A DNA stretch of 63,342 nt, the filler included, from Octopus bimaculoides (taxonomy: Eukaryota): NCBI RefSeq assembly GCF_001194135.2. It is 5 parts of 5 records of this genome, joined end to end, with 100 filler letters (N's around TTAATTAATTAA, not from the genome) between each part and the next. Parts side by side here need not be neighbours in the genome. Positions count along the whole stretch, not along the records: positions 44,144 to 52,793 come from NC_069007.1; positions 52,894 to 63,342 come from NC_069009.1; 3 more parts are not named here. One strand, written 5' to 3'. Position numbers and translations under genes: made by a program. Positions 51,070 through 63,342 of the stretch are shown here, in pieces. Below the pieces are notes generated by a model. The model searched no databases, was not told the DNA's origin, and was given only the letters and a program-made list of their open reading frames with translations. Numbering within the stretch: the first letter of the stretch is position 1; each line of letters opens with the position of its first letter.

Positions 51070-51475
51070 AATTCAAATTTTGGCACAAGGCCAGCAATTT
51101 CAGGGGAGGGGGTAAGTCAATTACTTCGACCACAGTACTTAAGTGGTAATTATTTTATCAACCCTAAAAGGATGAAAGGCAAAGTCCATCTCGGCAGAAT
51201 TTGAAATTAAAACATAAATACAGAAGAAATGCAACTAAGCATTTTGCTCAGTTTGGAAACAATAATAATAATGTTTTCAAATTTTGGCACAAGGCCAGCA
51301 ATTTCGGTGGAGGGAGTAAGTTGATTATATAGAACTCAGTGTTCGACTGGTGCTTGCTTTATCAACCCCGAAAGGATGAAAGGCAAAGTCGACCTCAGCG
51401 GAATTTGAACTCGGAATGTGAAAACAAACACTGCTAAACATTTTGCCTGGTATGTAAACGATTCTACCAGCTTAA
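51070..51475 (-). mobile_element. Two tandem SINE family C copies
   Basis: caaattttggcacaaggccagcaatt..aggatgaaaggcaaagtc occurs twice. Confidence 0.8.
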
Positions 51476-52340
51476 TTAATAACTATAATAATGATAATTA
51501 TAGTAATAATAATAATTTTTCTATTTTTCTTTAAGCAATGTTATAAGTAATTGATTATGCTATCCTATGGATGACTGATTTAAACCCAGTTTTAAAGCAC
51601 AACTTTTCGTCTTATAATTATATAATTAGTATTATATAATCATATAATTAATTTTGTTGTAACTTGATAATTAATGTATAATTAATACATAATTAAGAAA
51701 CTAGTATCCTTGCAAAAAATACCAAGATTAAAACAAAAAACAACATACAGTATGTCTTTTCAACCCTGGTAAATTCATGGAAGCAACAACGAATTAGAAT
51801 AGCCTCTAAGAAGCCATTTTATTTACTAGAAGTAACAGCCAAATTCCCATCCAATCATACACACACACACTAACACCTTAAATAAAGAACATTATGTTAG
51901 GCTGAGCAGTCTTCGATATAAGAAAGAGAAAGATGGTCATATATACATATTGCATACATACATGCATACATACGGAGTGGCTGTGTGGTAAGTAGCTTGC
52001 TTACCAACCACATGGCTCCAAGTTCATTCCTACTGTGTGGCACCTTGGGCAAGTGTCTTCTACTATACCTGGATGCCCTTCCTAATGCCAACCACTACAC
52101 CCGCAGAGTGGTTGGTTTTTACGTGCCACCGGCATGAGGGCCAGTCCGGCAGTGCTGGTAACGGCCACGCTCAAATGGTGTTTTCTTTTTACGTGCCACC
52201 TGCACAGGAGACAGTCCAAGGTTTTCTTCATATGCTACCGGCACAAGTGCCAGTAATGCAAAGCTGGAATCGGTTGCGTTCAAATGGTGCTTTTTGCGTG
52301 CCACCATTTGAGCGCGATCATTTCCAGCTTCGCATTACTG

Positions 52341-52371
<31 letters not shown>

Positions 52372-53604
52372 AATACAAACTATATCATTTTAATCCTGAG
52401 CAACACCGGGTATTTCTGCTAGTCAATGGATAATACTGCAATGACATTTATGTATGTATGTACGTATGCATGTGAAGGTGAATGGTTCAGTGGTTAGAGT
52501 GTTGGGCTCATTATCATGAGGTAATGAGTTCAGTTCCTGGACCAGGCTGTGTGCTGTGTTCTTGAACAAGACACTTTATTCCACTTTGCTCCAGTTCCCT
52601 CAGCTGTAGAAATGATTTGTGATGTCACTGGTGCCAAGCTGTATCAGCCTTTGCCTTTCCCTTGGATAACATTGGTAGTGTGGAGAAGGGAGGCTGGTAT
52701 GCATGGGTGACCACTGCAGGAAAATCAGACTAAGTTGGAATTTCATTGATTAATATATTCTTCAATACACAATCATATAAAATCATATATATANNNNNNN
52801 NNNNNNNNNNNNNNNNNNNNNNNNNNNNNNNNNNNNNTTAATTAATTAANNNNNNNNNNNNNNNNNNNNNNNNNNNNNNNNNNNNNNNNNNNNAAGAGTA
52901 TAAAACCCACAGAATTGTCTTCCCTTACATACACTTCCTGTTTTGACACCACACTTCCTGTTTAACACATAAACTCTCAGCCTTTTTTAAACACAACACC
53001 ATCTTAATTCCATGCATCTTAATCTATCTAACAATTATCTACATGGATTACCATTGAACTTTAAAAACTCAAAGACAATATAATGTATTGGTATATTTAT
53101 TTTTTTAAATATTTTTTTATATTTTTGTAAAAACATTATTTTCATTTCCCCTCTTCTTGAAAATGTGCCATGCAATGAAAGCCGGTTAGAAATCCTTTTT
53201 AATCCTCCTTATGCGCATCTATATTAAAATATACTTTCAGTTTAGCATTTTGCCTTATTATTATTATTTTTTATTTTCCTATTATTTCTCCACGTGCGGT
53301 TAACATAACTCCACCATTTACTGACATATATATATATAGAGAGAGAGAGACACACACATATATACAAACATGTATATAAACACATAGTGAAACTAATAGA
53401 AATGAGACTAATACATATATGCATAGTGAAAGTATCAATACTGAATCTATTATCTCACATTTCAATAGAGATGTTATTGTTTCACTTTTGACACATAATA
53501 CTGAAATAGTGTAAGGGATAAGAGAATGCTCCAGGCTCACATTAGGCATGAAGTTGAAGTTTTTTTTGGGGCCCATGATACTGCATGGACTGTAAGTAAG
53601 GCAT

Positions 53605-53707
53605 GTGTAAAATTTGAATGAAATCAGTTGAGTAGTTCTCGGGTTTTAGTGGTGCATACACACAGACACACACACACACACACATTCTCAGTTTTATATA
53701 TATAGAT
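53605..53707 (+). mobile_element. Putative 3' end of a non-autonomous Helitron/DINE-like repeat; a matching 5'-type end lies on the minus strand at ~52390-52424
   Basis: aaatttgaatgaaatcagttgagtagttctcggg..(CA)n..ttttatatatatagat; actagcagaaatacccggtgttgctcagg resembles such termini as I recall them. Confidence 0.35.
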
Positions 53708-54292
53708 AGATAGAGAGAGAGAGAGAAAATAAGATACCATTATTATTAAAAATAATGATAATCATAGTAATAATGATTCCAGCAAGCTTAATTAATATTG
53801 GTAAATATACATAAAAGTTTAGGGTATAAGAAATATATATCAGCTATGCTAGAAAGAAGAGTCAGCTCTCCAAAGCCACATATTTCTCACTATGAACAAA
53901 ACACGCACAGTTAGTGTAGTGAATATATGAAAAAAAATAGCTCTTACCTTTTCAAAAACACAAAGGAAAGTACAATCATCTCAGTATCAATTGATTTCAC
54001 CTTTAGTGCCAAACACTTAGGATCATCAGCTGAGCTTATTGCAAATAACTAGTTTTTCAAAATATGTGTGTGTGTAAGTAATTTTTAGTACCTCTGTTTG
54101 TCCCCCACCACCACTTGACAACATGTGTTGGTGTGTTGGTGCATTTACAGCTCCATAACTTCATAGTTCAGCAAAACAAACCAACGGTACTAGGCTTTAA
54201 AGACAATAAATACAGGGGTTGATTTCTGTGACTAAAACCCTTCAAGGTGGTTTCCCAGCATGGCCACAGTGTAATAACGGAAGCTTTTTAAA

Positions 54293-54335
<43 letters not shown>

Positions 54336-54726
54336 NNNNNNNNNNNNNNNNNNNNNNNNNNNNNNNNNNNNNNNNNNNNNNNNNNNNNNNNNNNNNNNNN
54401 NNNNNNNNNNNNNNNNNNNNNNNNNNNNNNNNNNNNNNNNNNNNNNNNNNNNNNNNNNNNNNNNNNNNNNNNNNNNNNNNNNNNNNNNNNNNNNNNNNNN
54501 NNGAGGAATATATTATTTTGCTTAAAAGAGTTCCAACACTGTCTGATTTTTATGTTTTATTTATATTCCTGCAGAACTAATGTGGGGTATAGAATATGGA
54601 ATACACAATATATAATATGATATACAATATACAATATAAAATAAAATAAAAATGGATGGCACCATGAAAGAAAGTATTGAATGTAGATGAAATATTGAGT
54701 GTTCAATATAAAGGATCAAATATATA

Positions 54727-54800
<74 letters not shown>

Positions 54801-55101
54801 AAATTATGACAAACAGTAAAAAGTTGTCATTATAGTACTATAATCTTTCTACTCTTGGCCCAAGGCCCATAATTTTGGGGGAGGGGGCCAGTTGATTAGG
54901 TTGACCCCATTATGCAACTGGTACTTAATTTATTAACCCCAAAAGGATGAAAAGCAAAGTCGACCTCGCCAGAATTTGAACTCAGAAAGTAAAGATTATA
55001 GTATTATAATGACAACCTTTTACTGTTTGTTCTAATTTATAGCATATATATATATAATCCTCTATTTATCTAATATTGAGGTCTCATTCTTTTTCTTTCT
55101 G

Positions 55102-55141
<40 letters not shown>

Positions 55142-55542
55142 TTATTATCATTATTATTATATATATACATATATGTGTGTGTGTGTGTATCTGTACATAC
55201 AGATGTTTCTAGATTCAGTACCGCTGGTTCCAGGTTTATTCCCATTGTATTGCTGCTTAGACAATTGCTTTCTTCTATAGTCTCAGTTCAACCAAAGCCT
55301 TGTGAATAGATTTGATTGACAGAAACTGAAAGAAGCCTGTCGAATATATGTATATGTATATATTTGTGTGGGTGTGTCTTTGTGTCTGTTTGTCCCTTCA
55401 CCATTAGCTGATAACTGATATTAGTTTGTTTATGTCTCCATAATTTAGCAGTTCAGCAAAAGCGATTGATAAAATAAGAACTAGGCTGAAGAATATAATT
55501 ATTGACATTTGATGGATATTTGTCCTCATCTTGTTTGTTGTT

Positions 55543-55588
55543 GACACAATGTTTCGGCTGATATACCCTCCAGCCTTCATCAGGTGTC
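55543..55588 (-). ncRNA. Minimal hammerhead ribozyme motif, copy 2
   Basis: Reverse complement gacac-CTGATGA-a-GGCTG-gagggtatat-CAGCC-GAAAC-ATT-gtgtc; perfect stem I, G to A change at position 16.2. Confidence 0.55.
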
Positions 55589-56217
55589 TTGCGGAAATTT
55601 CGAACCTGGGTTCTCATTCCTAAGGTATTTTTCAACAACAAACAAGATGAGGACAAACATCCGTCAACTGTAAATAATATTAATAATGTAAATAATTCCT
55701 CATCTCTAAAATATAGAACTGAAAAATAGAAGTCATGGGGTTGATTTCTTCAACTACAACCCTTTAAGGTGGTGCTCCAGCATGGCCGCAGAATAAAAAG
55801 AATGTATATGCAAAGGGCTTCTTTCTGTTTCCATCTACCACGTCCACTCAGAGGGCTTTGATCAGCCTGGGGCTATAGTAGATGACACTTGCTCAAAGTG
55901 CCATACAGTGGGATTGAACCTAGAACCATATGGTTTGGGAGCAAGCTTCTTCCCACACCACCACATTAGCATCTCTCCATACGTGCACCTCTTCAGTTGT
56001 TTATAAATTGAGGAATCATGAGTTTATGAGCATTGAACAATGATATGCAACGTAAAGAATAAAATCATCTAATATGTCTTTAAGAATCCGTTTAAGAACC
56101 ATTTGAGAAAGTATTTTATAATGATAATACAGTTCTATATTTAAGAGATGAGGAATTATTTACATTATTTACATTATTTACATTTGACGGATATTTGTCC
56201 TCATCTTGTTTGTTGTT

Positions 56218-56264
56218 AACACAACGTTTCGGCTGATTATACCCTCCAGCCTTCGTCAGGTGTC
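56218..56264 (-). ncRNA. Minimal hammerhead ribozyme motif, copy 3 (core intact)
   Basis: Reverse complement gacac-CTGACGA-a-GGCTG-gagggtataat-CAGCC-GAAAC-GTT-gtgtt: full CUGANGA/GAAA core, 5-bp stem II, 5-bp stem I, palindromic ACGT stem III. Confidence 0.7.
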
Positions 56265-56629
56265 TTGGGGAAATTTCGAACCTGGGTTCTCATTTCTAAC
56301 AAGATGAGGACAAATATCCGTCAAATGTAAATAATGTAAATAATATTTTATAATGAGTTTGGACAATATGTGAAGATAATGATGGAATTGATAATAATAA
56401 GATGAGAATTGCTGAAATTGGTTATTGAAGACAATTCTGTTGTTAAAAACGGAAAATATGGGAAAAATTAGAAATATGTGGGTATTTTTAGATGCTGAGG
56501 TTTATAAATAGATATATCATTGTTTCTATCATATATATTTATATATATATATATATATATATTATTATTATTATTATTATTGAGTGAGAGAGCAGTGACA
56601 CTGGGGTTAAAATATACAAAGCCCATTAT

Positions 56630-57105
56630 ACCCATCATGACTACTCGTCTGATAAGGGTACACCAGGTGCATGCATCACAACCATATGTGCGTGACATGG
56701 TGATCTCATATCAAGATAAACAGCACATGACCTTGCAGGTGGGGCCCAGTTAGAATTTTCTTCAGGTCAAGTAGCCCATCCCGCTCAAAAAGTCCCTGAA
56801 TAAGGTTTGTTTAAGGATGTTGAGCAAAGGTGAATTATTCAAACCCCAAAGAATTCCTCTCAACAAATAGCTATGATGCTCCCCCACTACTTCTGCTCAT
56901 GATCAGAGATGCACATATTGTCAGCCACTAGGGGACATGCTCAACTGGTTAAGGTCAAACAACTGACAAGCAAATCTGTGGTGTTGAGCAGAATATTTGC
57001 TGTAGTCCATCTTTTTATACCAAGACAAAACAATGTACATGATAACACTTCCAATCAATTAAGACCAGAAGCCATGAGAGCCACTGCCTGGTACTGCATC
57101 CGGGC
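56630..57105. mobile_element. Dispersed repeat (SINE-like) ending in (ATT/CAT)n
   Basis: Higher-GC block bounded by AT microsatellites; family not assignable from this window alone. Confidence 0.4.
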
Positions 57106-57389
57106 ATATTATTATTATTATTATTATCATCATCATCATCATCATTAAGGCAGTGAGCTGGCAGAATCATTACTGTGCTGGGCAATTGCTTAACTGTATT
57201 TCTTCCCAATCTTTATGCTGTGATTTCAAATATCATCAGGGTTGACTTTGTTTCATGCTTTCGGGATCAATAGAATATTTACCACTACAGCCCAAAAACT
57301 GCATGCATGCACGTGCACATCAGCCCCCACCTCATAGCGATATGTCACAAGTGCTGGTACAGACATCTCCTCCATGTCATGCTAGAATC

Positions 57390-57640
57390 ATCCTACCAGG
57401 GCTTTACTCTCATTCGATGCAGCAGCTGCTGGTTGGAAGGGACCTCGAAGCAGGCCCTGCGCCAAATAGCTGGATGTGTTTGAGGAAGATATCCAATGGC
57501 TCGATGACACCTCGGAGAATGCAGAGGGGCTGGAACAGGACTGCTAGCAATGGAGAGCACAGGTGGGCCCGGTGGTCACTACACATGACGCCGCCTCTGG
57601 GACCACTCACCTGGGATGACCCCAGCCCCGTCAAGCAAGA
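57390..57640 (+). pseudogene. RTE-like LINE 3' terminus
   Basis: Frameshifted GRP(R)..W...ED...A..L..DC..WRAQV-type C-terminal motif. Confidence 0.45.
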
Positions 57641-57912
57641 ACATGGTGAAAACAAGCATAGATGTGCTTCACTAAATCCCTCACATCAAAATTGCTGGCT
57701 TTGGATCAAAATAAGAAAGAATTATTATTGTTGTCGCTGTTGTTGTTGTTGTCATTTATTTTGCTCTGCATACAGGTCCTTAAGTGTATTTATATCCCTA
57801 AATGCTTANNNNNNNNNNAAATATCTTTAAATATACATATGCATGTCTTTATGTGTGTACGCATAAGTATATATATATATATGTATATTTATATATTTAC
57901 ACACATATATAT

Positions 57913-57943
<31 letters not shown>

Positions 57944-58155
57944 GATTTATATAAAAATATATATAAGTGTTATAATATCCTAACTTACATATATTAATGT
58001 ATTTATATACATACATATATTTATGTATATATATATATATGCATAGATATACATACATACATACATATATAGAGAGATATATATCTATATATATATATAT
58101 ATCTCTATATATATATATATGTATATATATACACACATATGTATATGTTTGTATA

Positions 58156-58234
<79 letters not shown>

Positions 58235-58556
58235 GTATATGTTTGTATATGTATATATATATACACACATTTGTATATGTCTGTACATATATATATATGT
58301 TTTTATACACAGACACACACACGTTCATACATTTTTCATACACACACATATATATAATATACATGTATGCAGAGATGTGTACATGATTCTATGCGTGCAA
58401 GTGGCTTGCAATCTAAGACAAAACAGACTGCATGCCTGTCTGTATGAGTGTATGTGAATATGTGTGACTGCGCCCCCCCTCTCTCCTTCTTAGCCTTTGC
58501 GTTTGTCTCTGCATCTGTGCATGCATGTACAGGTATATATCTTATATCTACAAGTG

Positions 58557-58618
<62 letters not shown>

Positions 58619-59291
58619 AATGCTCACGCTATATATGTTTCAAAACATAAGCCCTGTAACCTTAATGACCCAAGTATCCTTTTTAAAAATATCCATCAAT
58701 CACGACAAAAGCTTCATTCAGATGTCTGCTAAATTTGGCATCACTCAAAGAAGCTTTTTATTGCAATTTCCTTTACCAAATTCTATTCTTTAAACACTTA
58801 GTTCTATACAAATGTTTCTAGAAGAACTGCCGACATACAGATGTCAGTCTATTGATGAAAGCTGTAGAATTTTTTCCATGATTCTAAACCGTTTTTTTCC
58901 CCCTTTTTTTTCGGTGTTGTTTCTTTGTTGTAGTTCTTTGTGCAGTTTCTTTTTTTTTTTTGCTTTTCTGTTAATGTGTGTAACATCGTCAACTTGTCCA
59001 TCCGAGTAATGAGTACTGCTCGTTATAATTACTTCCAGTGTAACAGGATCTTGTCGGATCGTTAATTTTCGTCTTTCAACTTTTACTTGTTTTCCAGTCA
59101 TTGGGCTGTGGCCATACTGGAGCGCAACTTCGAGGAGTCACACTCAAATGAATTGACCCCAGTACTTCTTCTCTTTTTCAGCCGGGCACTTATTCAATTG
59201 CTCCCTTTTGCTGAACTGTTAAGTTACGAGGACGTAAACAGACCAACTCTGGTTTGTGGGGTAGACACAAAGACACACACACATAGACACT

Positions 59292-59327
<36 letters not shown>

Positions 59328-59660
59328 CAGATATATGTGTGCTCCATGCATACATGGAGCACACATGCATGCATCACTCCGTACAGAGCATGTACTTGTT
59401 TACTCACACACAGACACACTCATGCTTTCATGCGTACACATACACACACTTTATGCTCATACACATGTTTGCCCACGTACACACATATATACTTACACAC
59501 CTGATCCTCACACACACACAGAATTGCTCGCACACACACACACACAGAATTGCTCACACACACACTTTAACCAGATTACTGTTGTCCCCCTTTCCATTCA
59601 ACTACATCCTTCCAACCAATTCAACATGTGAAACCATTAATCCAAGCACATTTCATTTCC

Positions 59661-59912
59661 CTTCCTCATTTTTCTTCCTCATTTTCTTCCTCATTTTCCT
59701 TCCTCATTTTCCTTCCTCATTTTTCTTCCTCATTTTTCTTCTTCATTTTCCTTCCTCATTTTCCTTCCTCATTTTTCTTCCTCATTTTCCTTCCTCATTT
59801 TTCTTCCTCATATTTCTTCCTCATTTTTCTTCCTCATTTTTCTTCCTCATTTTTCTTCCTCATATTTCTTCCTCCTTTTTCTTCCTCATTTTTCTTCCTC
59901 ATTTTTCTTTCC
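59661..59912. repeat. Degenerate (TTCCTCATTT)-type minisatellite
   Basis: Direct reading. Confidence 0.9.
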
Positions 59913-60997
59913 TCGTTCCTTTCTGCCAAAGGGCTTTAGCTGGAATCTTTTCCATTTTCCCCTGATCATCAAACTATTACAACTTGTTTACTCTTCCCTT
60001 CCCCGTCTTTGTTTTGTGTTTTTTTGTTTGTTTGTTGTACGTCAGAACCGTGTGTCTTTGTGTCTGTGTTTATCTCCCATCACCACTTGACAACCGGTGT
60101 TGGTGTGTTTATGTCTTCATAACTTAGCAATTTGGCAAAATAGACAGACAGAACAAGGACAAGACTTAAAATAAGTATTGGGTCAATTTGTTCCATAAAA
60201 ATTCTCCGAGGTGATGCCCTAGCATGGCTGCAGTCTAATGATTGAAACAAGAAAAAGATAAAAGATGAACGCATACACACACAACCACATACACACACAT
60301 GCATACACACACATGCATGATAATATATTTATATCCCCTCTCACTCTCATATACAAATGCGGCAGTAACTTCCGCCTACCAAATTCAATCACAAAGCTTC
60401 GGTCGGCCCATGGCTATAGCAGAAGGCATTTGCCCAAGGTGCCATGTCGTAGGACTGAACCCAAAACCATGTAGCTGGGAAGCAAGCTTCCTAACCACAC
60501 AGCCATGCCCGTGCCTATATATATATGTATATATACATATACACATATATATACAAGTGTGTGTATATCTGTGTATGTATTTGAAATGATCCTTTATTAA
60601 AAAGTTTAGTCTGCATTGTGAAAATGAATCTTTGGAGAAATAAAGAAAATCAAATATTAGTAGTGAGGTACACACACATGGATACACACGTATTCCCCTG
60701 CACACAGAAAATACATATACAAACCAAAAACGAACACAGTAACACACTCAAGCAAACATACTTATGAATACAAGCAGATTCACCAACATTGCACACACAC
60801 ACACGCACACACATATACTTTTGATAACACAGTAAACATTTTAAAAAACTAATATAAATCTAAACACCACAAAGCTTCATGGTGGGTTTTTGGTAATATA
60901 AGCAGCACAGAAACAATATGTATACATTTTTATTTAATGCACAGTGAGGCCTCATAATGTTCACACACACATATCTGTATATATATATGTATATGTG

Positions 60998-61028
<31 letters not shown>

Positions 61029-61502
61029 NNNNNNNNNNNNNNNNNNNNNNNNNNNNNNNNNNNNNNNNNNNNNNNNNNNNNNNNNNNNNNNNNNNNNNNN
61101 NNNNNNNNNNNNNNNNNNNNNNNNNNNNCGTGTGCACTCTCATGCAAACACACACACACACACACACACTCAGACATCAGGTGTGTAAATTCGTTTATCT
61201 CCCACTAATAGCTTTCTGCTACCTTGTTTTTGCTGACACCGCAGTTAATATTGTTGATGTTGTAATTGTTGCTGTAATTATTATTTTTTTTTTATTAATT
61301 TATAATTAAGTATATTTTTGTTATGACTGATTATTATGCCTTTGGATGTGTATATATATGCATGTCTTTGTGAAGTGGTTACGGTATTTAGCTCATGATT
61401 GTAAGGCCGTCGTGTGTTCAATTCCTAATGGTGCCTTTTGTTCTTAAGCAAGGCACTTTACTTCACATTACTCCAGTTCACTCACTTGGCAATAACGAGT
61501 TG

Positions 61503-61870
61503 TACTCTTTTACTTGTTTCAGTCATTTGACTGCGGCCATGTTGGAGCACCGCCTTTAGTCGAGCAAATCGACCCCAGGACTTATTCTTTGTAAGCCTAG
61601 TACTTATTCTATTGGTCAATTTTGCTGAACTGCTAAGTTACAGGAACGTAAACACACCAGCATCGGTTGTCAAGTGATGTTTTGGGGACAAACATAGACA
61701 CACACAGACACAGACATATATAGACACACACAAACATATATATACATATACATATATACGACCGGCTTCTTTCAGTTTCCATCTACCAAATCCACTCACA
61801 AGGCTTTGGTCAGCCCAAGATGCCACGCCGTGGAACTGAACCCAGAACCATGTGGCTGGTAAACGAGCTA
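61503..61870 (-). mobile_element. SINE family D copy
   Basis: Both halves around an internal (CA/TA)n tract. Confidence 0.8.
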
Positions 61871-62008
61871 CTTACCTGTATTTCAGAAGAGCCAGATTTG
61901 TCACATTTTGTGTTCTGCTGAATCTCCCTGAGAACTACATGAAGGGTACACACGGGGATGGATTAGGACCCATTGAGGCCCTAAGCACTTAAAAGATTGT
62001 GTATGCGC

Positions 62009-62475
62009 AGGAGTGGCTGTGTGGTAAGTAGCTTGCTTATGAACCACATGGTTCTGGGTTCAGCCTCGCTGCGTGGCACCTTGGGCAAGTGTCTTCTACT
62101 ATAGCCNNNNNNNNNNCTGCGTGGCACCTTGGGCAAGTGTCTTCTACTATAGCCTCGGGCTGACCAAAGCCTTATGAGTGGATTTGGTAGACGGACACTG
62201 AAAGAAGCCCATCGTATATATGTATATATATATGTATATATATGTATGTATGTGTGGGTGTGTATACATTTGTGTGTCTGCGTTCGTCCCCTCAACATTG
62301 CTTGACAACTGATGCTGGTGTGTTTACGTCCCCGTAACTTAGCGGTTCGGCAAAAAGAGACCGATAGAATAAGTACGAGGCTTACAAAAAATAAGTCTTA
62401 GGGTCGATTTGCTCGACTAAAGGCGGTGCTCCAGCATGGCCACAGTCAAAAGACTGAAACAAATAAGAGAAAAAG
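62009..62475 (+). mobile_element. SINE family D, full length
   Basis: ggagtggctgtgtggtaagtagcttgc head through gactgaaacaaataaga tail; small gap-flanking duplication inside. Confidence 0.85.
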
Positions 62476-62603
62476 AAAGAAATATATATATATAGTTTTA
62501 GGGAAAATAACCAATTTTCAAGAACTCATTGATTTAATTTAATTTTAATTTTTATAAATTGATTTTAATTGAGTTTTTTACCTGTAATTTTGGATTTTGT
62601 CTC

Positions 62604-62642
<39 letters not shown>

Positions 62643-63342
62643 GACAAGCTTCTTTCAGTTTCCGCCTACAAATTCTATTCAGAAGGCTTTGGTCGGTCTG
62701 AGGCTTTAGTAGAAGACACTTGCCCAAGGTGCCACACAGTGGGACTGAACCTGGAACTATGTGGTCGAGAAGCAAGCTTCTTACCACACAGTCTCATGTA
62801 CATTTAAAGATTGCATGTATGTTAAAACAGCTTCATATGTAACAACACACACGCCTACAGCTATGAGTGTATGTTATGTGTATATTACGTGTGTGTATGT
62901 GTTGCAGTATGTGTATATATGTGAGTGGAAACAAGAGGCTGTGTATGTGTATGTTTGTGAGTCGGGGCACAAGTTTCTGGAAACTGTGAAATATGAGAAT
63001 CTTAATATTTCATAACAAAAGCACAGACTGTTGTATAATATGGATATTTAATAGGGTTGTACATGAAGAAAATTGCATATTAGTCAAAGAGAGGAGTGAG
63101 TGTGTGTGTATATATAAAAATATGTATATGTGTGTGCATACGAATATATGTATAAATATATATATACACATACACGAACACACACATACATATATATACA
63201 TATCTATATGTGTGAGTGTGTACATATATGTATGTGTGTGTATATATATGTGTGTGTGTGTGTGTGTATATACATGTACATATATGTGTATATATATATG
63301 TACATATATGAGTGTGTATATGTATGTAGATGTATGTGTGTG

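Noticed and set aside
57897-58620. Many Tyr/Ile/Thr/His-repeat ORFs across 29-33, 42-45 and 58-63 kb
   Set aside because: They are TA and CA microsatellite translations.
59087-59965. 292-aa ORF with repeated FFLIFLPHFSSS
   Set aside because: It is composed of a SINE half, CA repeats and a pyrimidine minisatellite.
62078-62150. Direct duplication of ctgcgtggcaccttgggcaagtgtcttctactatagcc around a 10-N gap
   Set aside because: Typical overlapping contig ends at a negative gap; an assembly artefact.

Overview
This is repeat-dominated, AT-rich animal genomic DNA with many N gaps. The SINE and microsatellite landscape suggests a coleoid cephalopod such as Octopus; this is an inference, not a database result. 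No host protein-coding gene can be named with confidence, and almost all long ORFs in the track are microsatellite or N-gap translations. What can be supported: two tandem R4/Dong-clade non-LTR retrotransposon relics (1.6-4.6 kb); several tRNA-derived SINE families; decayed RTE, L1/Tx1 and L2/CR1 LINE pieces; a near-full-length dead mariner (39948-41148); Tc1/maT, Tigger, Merlin and Penelope GIY-YIG relics; hAT- and piggyBac-type MITEs with target-site duplications; a ~70-bp 28S rRNA-like fragment; an interstitial (TTAGGG)n tract; and two long inverted repeats. The most notable signal is a short dispersed repeat (3 copies) carrying a minimal, dimer-type hammerhead ribozyme motif, with two copies bracketed by inverted ends in Penelope style. 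A CpG-depleted block (about 12-29 kb) suggests a methylated gene body and holds three frame-compatible candidate exons on the minus strand. Four TTAATTAATTAA linkers inside 100-bp N gaps are assembly artefacts.
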